Shown here: in pieces, positions 59,444-64,000 of the stretch
How the letters are laid out: every line of letters starts with the position of its first letter
How positions within the stretch are numbered: the stretch's first letter is position 1
Assembly (NCBI GenBank): GCA_049513715.1
Contig: JBEKVV010000001.1
Location: 640,001 to 704,000, forward strand
Reading direction: 5' to 3'
From: Candidatus Bathyarchaeia archaeon
GTDB taxonomy: Archaea > Thermoproteota > Bathyarchaeia > 40CM-2-53-6
Length of the DNA: 64,000 bases
Notes under the pieces: generated by a model
The model's input: the letters and a program-made list of their open reading frames with translations, nothing else
What the model was told of the DNA's origin: nothing
Databases searched by the model: none
Translations under genes and position numbers: made by a program

Positions 59444-59955
59444 CGCTGAAGAACTATCGGGTACAGGTGAATGGACGCGACTACAGGATGTCGGTGGAGC
59501 TAGAGGGTCAAAGCAGGTTTCGGGCAACCCTTGACGGGGAAACATTCGAGGGCGAAACGATTGCTATGGGCGACATTCTGACATGGGTGGTGCGGTTCGG
59601 CAAAGAACAAATACGTGTAATGTGTAGGCCGCTGCAGAACGATCAGGTCGATGTCTGGCTCTCAGGAACGCTATTTCAGGCTTCAGTTCAGCCGCTGGGA
59701 AACTACATCTTGCCTGAGCCGAAGGCCCGCGGTCCGTCGGGTGTTAGTGTTATTAACGCTCTCATGCCGGGGCGCGTTACAAGTGTATTCGTTAAGGAAA
59801 ACGACGCCGTTGAGTTGGGGACGCCACTGCTGTTACTAGAGGCGATGAAAATGCAAAACGAAATCACGTCGCCCAAGAAGGGGCGTGTCAGGTCGGTTCG
59901 GGTTCAAGAAGGAGCCACGGTCAAGAAAGATGCTGTGCTAGTGGAAATTGCCTGA
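59437..59955 (+). CDS. accB: Biotin carboxyl carrier protein
   Basis: MPG, EAMKMQNEI biotinylation motif. Confidence 0.94.
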   Translation: MVTLKNYRVQVNGRDYRMSVELEGQSRFRATLDGETFEGETIAMGDILTWVVRFGKEQIRVMCRPLQNDQVDVWLSGTLFQASVQPLGNYILPEPKARGPSGVSVINALMPGRVTSVFVKENDAVELGTPLLLLEAMKMQNEITSPKKGRVRSVRVQEGATVKKDAVLVEIA

Positions 59956-60190
59956 AGCGCGCGCAGCAATAGAGAGCAGGAAAGCAAAATCCTTACGGGG
60001 TGGACGTGGAGCGCTCTAACACCCTTCCTGACCAGACTCGTTTTGAGTTCGCAACCCAATTTTTGTCCCGCCTCCTCGTACGTTGAGGCCTTGCTCTCAG
60101 ACGGGGTCGAGGAGTTCAAAGTAGCGTGGGTCGAAGACTGGTTTCGTTTGGAATTCAACCGAGCTTTGTTATTGCCTCTTGTTTTCAGGA

Positions 60191-61321
60191 TCAGTTTGCC
60201 TGTCTTGCCATCTCAGCGCCCTTGGCGACATTGCATAGCTTCGCGTAGGCGATGTTCCATTTGCGCGTTCTGAGTCCGCAATCCGGATTGACATAGATTC
60301 TTGTTGCGTCTTCCAGGACCTTGACGGCGCACTCGATTCTTTTTTCAATCGTTTGGGGGCTTTCTATTGTGTCAACATGCACATCTGCCACGCCCAACCC
60401 AATTTCACGCTTGTCGCCATACTCGTTCAACAGGTCGAGTTCCTTGTAAGCCTGTCCGCTACCGTCCTCGTCGCGGTTGGCAAATTCGAGCGCCAATTGG
60501 CTGCAGTTCTTCAAATCAAGAATGTGTGGGTAGAGAAGTCTATAGTCACTATAGCATATATGAACACTCAATTTGCAGTTGATTCCTGCAGTGCTAGCGT
60601 TGAATGCTTCAACGAAGAATGGTACTTCAGAGGGTTTGGTTGTGAGAGCGGGTTCATCGATCTGAATGAACTCTGCGCCGGCATCAGTTAATGCTTGGAG
60701 GTTTGGCCGTATTACTTCGCGGGCTATGTCTAGGACAAATTCGCGCTTTGCATCGAGCTTTAGTTTTCTGGGGTCGGAGTACCGGGGCGATAAACGTTTC
60801 TGGTAGAATTCGTTGAAGGACCATTCTGCTAGCGTATAGGGTCCCGTAACAGGAACTTTGATTTTGCGCCGGGCGTGTTGTTTAACGTAAATGAATTCCT
60901 TGAGGTGGTAGGGATTTCGGAACCCGACCCTCTGCGTGCACGCGGCTTTTCTGTAGTATTTGTTGTCAAATGATCTTACGTGCCCACGGAACTCAAAGCC
61001 TGCTGTGTTCCTTATAGCATGCTCGTACATCTCGACTCGGTTGGTTTCCCCATCGTAGACATAGTCTAGACCTGCTGATTCGAGATACCGAATCGCGAAT
61101 AGTGAGGCTAGGTCTCTAATCTCCTTCTCCGCCTCTGGGGTCTTCGGGTGGGAGAGAATTGTCCGGGCCTCAGATTCAGCCTCGAATCCTGAGACTTTGG
61201 ACCATTCTGACAAATGCTCTAGGTCTGCTGGCTCGAGTTGTCTCCCGCGTAGGTATGCAATTAGCCATGGAGCCTTGGGCAAGCTTCCGATTTCTTGGAC
61301 GGAGAAGAGTTTTTCTCCCAA
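60191..61321 (-). CDS. metE: Cobalamin-independent methionine synthase, catalytic half
   Basis: IGSLPK, TGPYTL, IQIDEP, HIC, LEF, NPDCGL zinc ligands. Confidence 0.9.
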   Translation of the reverse strand: MGEKLFSVQEIGSLPKAPWLIAYLRGRQLEPADLEHLSEWSKVSGFEAESEARTILSHPKTPEAEKEIRDLASLFAIRYLESAGLDYVYDGETNRVEMYEHAIRNTAGFEFRGHVRSFDNKYYRKAACTQRVGFRNPYHLKEFIYVKQHARRKIKVPVTGPYTLAEWSFNEFYQKRLSPRYSDPRKLKLDAKREFVLDIAREVIRPNLQALTDAGAEFIQIDEPALTTKPSEVPFFVEAFNASTAGINCKLSVHICYSDYRLLYPHILDLKNCSQLALEFANRDEDGSGQAYKELDLLNEYGDKREIGLGVADVHVDTIESPQTIEKRIECAVKVLEDATRIYVNPDCGLRTRKWNIAYAKLCNVAKGAEMARQAN

Positions 61322-61322
61322 G

Positions 61323-62273
61323 TTAACTTAACCTCTTCTTTACTTCGGCGAGTAAACGAGTTTTCTCTTCAGCTACTGAATGTGGCAGAAAATCCATGTC
61401 ACAATTAGGGCAAACAGTGGTGCATTTGGGTTCAACTTGGTCTTGCACTCGTCTGACGAATTTGGCTACTTCTTCAGGCTCCTCTAGGAGAGAGTTCCTT
61501 CCATCGATGCATCCGCAGTCAAGTTCCCTGTTGAACGTGTGCTCCGCAATGGATTCCACAGATGTTGCGTAGAAATCCACCCCGACGCTGTCAACCGGTA
61601 AGTCCAGCACAGCGTCCAGTGTAGGTGCTGAGTCGGTAAAGTATGTGTGGACCGATGTTTTGGCACCAGCTATCTTCGCGCAGGTTTCATAGGCTTGTTT
61701 TGCGCGCTGCAGCGCGTCCTTCACCCGACTTTCGTTGCTAATGGCTGGCTCATTAAATTGAATGAAAACATATCCTGCGCTTCGTAAACCAGTAATCACG
61801 TCCTTCAGTGCATGCGAAGCATCATCGATTAGGTCTGCGACATTTCCATTCGTTTTGTTTTCAGATAGAAGAGCGAAGGTTAGCGGGCCGGGCACGATGG
61901 CTTTCCTCTGTTGTGTGTTGGGCAAGAGACTATGCCGGAAGAATTCATCTATGTTTTTTCCACTATTTCTTATCTTCTCGACGATGATTGGTTTCCTGTA
62001 GAATGTGTTGTTGTCAAACCATCGCGTAAGGCTTCCTAGCTGTATCCCTGTAAACAGCTCTGAAAATGGCCGAAAAAGGTCTTGCCAGTTGAGCTGGCCA
62101 TCAACTACATAATCCAGCCCAGTCTGAGTCTGGAGTTGGACGAAGGCTCGGCAATCACGTTCGAATGAAACCTCAACATCTGCTTTAGAAGCCCTTCCTC
62201 GATCTGCGGATCGTGTCACTTCCACCAACGACTCAGAGCGGGGGAACGCTCCGCTTAGATGAACCTCCATCAT
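61323..62273 (-). CDS. MetE N-terminal-like half (split MetE partner)
   Basis: GAFPRS, DGQLNWQD, TRWFDNNTFYR.P, GPLT, DGRN; HTY in place of HxC. Confidence 0.82.
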   Translation of the reverse strand: MMEVHLSGAFPRSESLVEVTRSADRGRASKADVEVSFERDCRAFVQLQTQTGLDYVVDGQLNWQDLFRPFSELFTGIQLGSLTRWFDNNTFYRKPIIVEKIRNSGKNIDEFFRHSLLPNTQQRKAIVPGPLTFALLSENKTNGNVADLIDDASHALKDVITGLRSAGYVFIQFNEPAISNESRVKDALQRAKQAYETCAKIAGAKTSVHTYFTDSAPTLDAVLDLPVDSVGVDFYATSVESIAEHTFNRELDCGCIDGRNSLLEEPEEVAKFVRRVQDQVEPKCTTVCPNCDMDFLPHSVAEEKTRLLAEVKKRLS

Positions 62274-62376
62274 GTGTCCTCTCTAACGATTTTGAAAGTC
62301 GCCACCAACGGCTATTCGTTATTTTAATAGTTTCGGGCTAACGAAATTCCTATTGCAATACGGGTTTCTTCCTGAA

Positions 62377-62829
62377 TTAGCCAATAGGTTTGAAGAAGTA
62401 GCGGGGCCATCGCGGCCATTCCTTAGGTAGTGTCGTCTCGAAATCGACCTTCAACTCCATCCCGATATGTAAGTCCTCTAACTTTACGTTCTTGATCATC
62501 CCGGGAAGTTGGGGGCCGTCTGTGAGTTTGACGATACCGACGGCATATGGGGCCAAGGCTTGAAACTGGCCTGGGGCAAAATGTATGACCGTGTAAGTGA
62601 GAAGCTGTCCCAATCCTGTCAGTTGAGTCCAGTCGAATTTGTCAGCGAGGCATTTGGGGCAAATTGTGCGCGGTGGGCAGATTAGAGCGCCGCAGCGCTT
62701 GCATTTCACCGCCATCAGTTTTCTTTCGGCGCAGAACTTGTAGAAGTTCTCAACTGCAGGGACGATGACACCTCGTTCGTCGCGAATGAAAGCTGACTTA
62801 TCGTCTTGTTCAATCGTGGAAGCTGACAT
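62377..62829 (-). CDS. Zn-ribbon/OB-fold DUF35 protein
   Basis: CKRCG..PP..CPKC, TYTVIH, PYAVG; downstream of thiolase. Confidence 0.92.
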   Translation of the reverse strand: MSASTIEQDDKSAFIRDERGVIVPAVENFYKFCAERKLMAVKCKRCGALICPPRTICPKCLADKFDWTQLTGLGQLLTYTVIHFAPGQFQALAPYAVGIVKLTDGPQLPGMIKNVKLEDLHIGMELKVDFETTLPKEWPRWPRYFFKPIG

Positions 62830-62845
62830 TTAGTCTTGTCACCTT

Positions 62846-64000
62846 TCAGTCTCCGCGTTTGTAGATGTGGACGACTCCTGTCGATGCGGATCCGCCGACA
62901 TTTTCAGTGAGTCCTATCTCTGCGTTTGGAACCTGCCTGCGGTCTGCTTGGTTTGTGAGTTGCAGGTAGATTTCGTAGGCTTGAGCTGTGCCGGTTGCGC
63001 CAACGGGGTGCCCCTTGGCTTTTAGGCCGCCACTTGTGTTCGTCGGTATTCTTCCTCCCAAATGGGTTGCTCCTTCATCGATCAGTTTGCCGCCTTCACC
63101 CTGTTTGCAGAATCCTAGGTCTTCGTACGCGATTATCTCAGCGATAGTGAAGCAGTCATGCAGTTCAGCCAAGTCAATGTTATCTGGGCCAACCCCGGCC
63201 ATCTGATAGGCTTGCTTTGCGGCTAGCCGCGTTACCTTCATGCTGCTGAAATCCTCGCGGGCAAAAAGGCTGAGGGTGTCTTGAGCTTGGCCAGATCCGA
63301 TAATGTTCACGGGGGTGTCTGTGAACTTCCTCGCGATTTTCGGCGAAGTGAGGACGAGGCAGCTTGCTCCATCACTTCTGGGGCAACAGTCATACAATTT
63401 GAGTGGCCAAGCTACAGGTCGAGAGGTGAGCACGTCGTCAACGGATATGCGTTTTTGGAAGTGAGCCTTTGGGTTCAGTACGCCATGGTCATGGTTCTTC
63501 ACTGCGACCTTAGCCATTTGCTCCTCCGTTGTACCGTACCTGTGCATGTGGTCGACGGCCATCATGCCAAAAATTCCAGGAAAGGATATGCCGTGCCACT
63601 GTTCAAAAGGAAAATCAGAAGCCATAGCTAACACCTCCGTCACGCCTGTCGTACTGAAATGGGTCATCTTTTCTACACCTCCCACCAGAACAACATCGCA
63701 CATTCCGGACGCGATCGCGAAAATAGCGCTTCGTAGGGCGACACTTGATGAGGCGCACGCGCTTTCGTTTCTGAACGCGGGGATTGGCAATAATCCAATC
63801 CAATCGAGTAGCAAAGGCGCAATATGGGCTTGATGCTCGTAGGATTCACTCATCATGCCCACGAAAAGGGCCTGAATGTCCCGTTTGGGATCCAAGTTGG
63901 GGCATCGGTCGAACGCTTCCTTTGCAGCTTCAGCGAAGAGTTCTCTCGTGTAAAGGCCTTCGCGAACCCCAAACTTCGTGGCGCCGGCTGAAACGATGCT
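62846..64000 (-). CDS. Thiolase (archaeal SCP2-type); 5' end beyond window
   Basis: ESACASS, GGVEKM, ELHDCF, SGGLKAKGHPVGATG; frame open to the window edge (SIVSAGATKFG...). Confidence 0.95.
   Translation of the reverse strand, partial: SIVSAGATKFGVREGLYTRELFAEAAKEAFDRCPNLDPKRDIQALFVGMMSESYEHQAHIAPLLLDWIGLLPIPAFRNESACASSSVALRSAIFAIASGMCDVVLVGGVEKMTHFSTTGVTEVLAMASDFPFEQWHGISFPGIFGMMAVDHMHRYGTTEEQMAKVAVKNHDHGVLNPKAHFQKRISVDDVLTSRPVAWPLKLYDCCPRSDGASCLVLTSPKIARKFTDTPVNIIGSGQAQDTLSLFAREDFSSMKVTRLAAKQAYQMAGVGPDNIDLAELHDCFTIAEIIAYEDLGFCKQGEGGKLIDEGATHLGGRIPTNTSGGLKAKGHPVGATGTAQAYEIYLQLTNQADRRQVPNAEIGLTENVGGSASTGVVHIYKRGD

Noticed and set aside
59904..60273. ORFs or RNA in the gap between accB and metE
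   Set aside because: No recognisable motif, both ORFs overlap real genes, and no convincing structure was found.
1..64000. CRISPR arrays, tRNA/rRNA genes, transposases, integrases, defence systems
   Set aside because: No regularly spaced repeats, cloverleafs or relevant protein motifs seen; intergenic gaps are all under about 300 bp.

Overview
Gene-dense archaeal chromosomal segment from a TACK-type organism; Bathyarchaeia-like affinity is inferred from gene content and is not proven. About 65 CDS are present. They include the proteasome-alpha/exosome/RNase P superoperon, a scrambled aIF2-gamma/rpoE/ribosomal-protein cluster, a four-gene remnant of the S10-spc ribosomal operon (L2-S8-L18-L30), CysRS, ThrRS and an Lhr-like helicase. 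Also present are two complete peptide-type ABC transporters, membrane-anchored surface peptidases, a transmembrane double-wHTH regulator, a biotin carboxylase cluster with BirA, split MetE and thiolase/DUF35. Two intergenic box C/D guide RNA candidates were found by eye. No tRNA, rRNA, CRISPR array or mobile element was seen. The main leads are: (i) gene orders resembling duplication followed by reciprocal gene loss in normally conserved operons; (ii) a putative protein-scavenging island with a transmembrane sensor-regulator, a 20-bp palindromic operator, a peptide ABC transporter and G1-like and metzincin surface proteases; (iii) the two C/D sRNAs with plausible 16S targets; (iv) conserved genes whose N-termini lack ATG/GTG/TTG starts; (v) long charged tails on several ribosomal proteins. 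All family calls come from motif recognition, without database searches.
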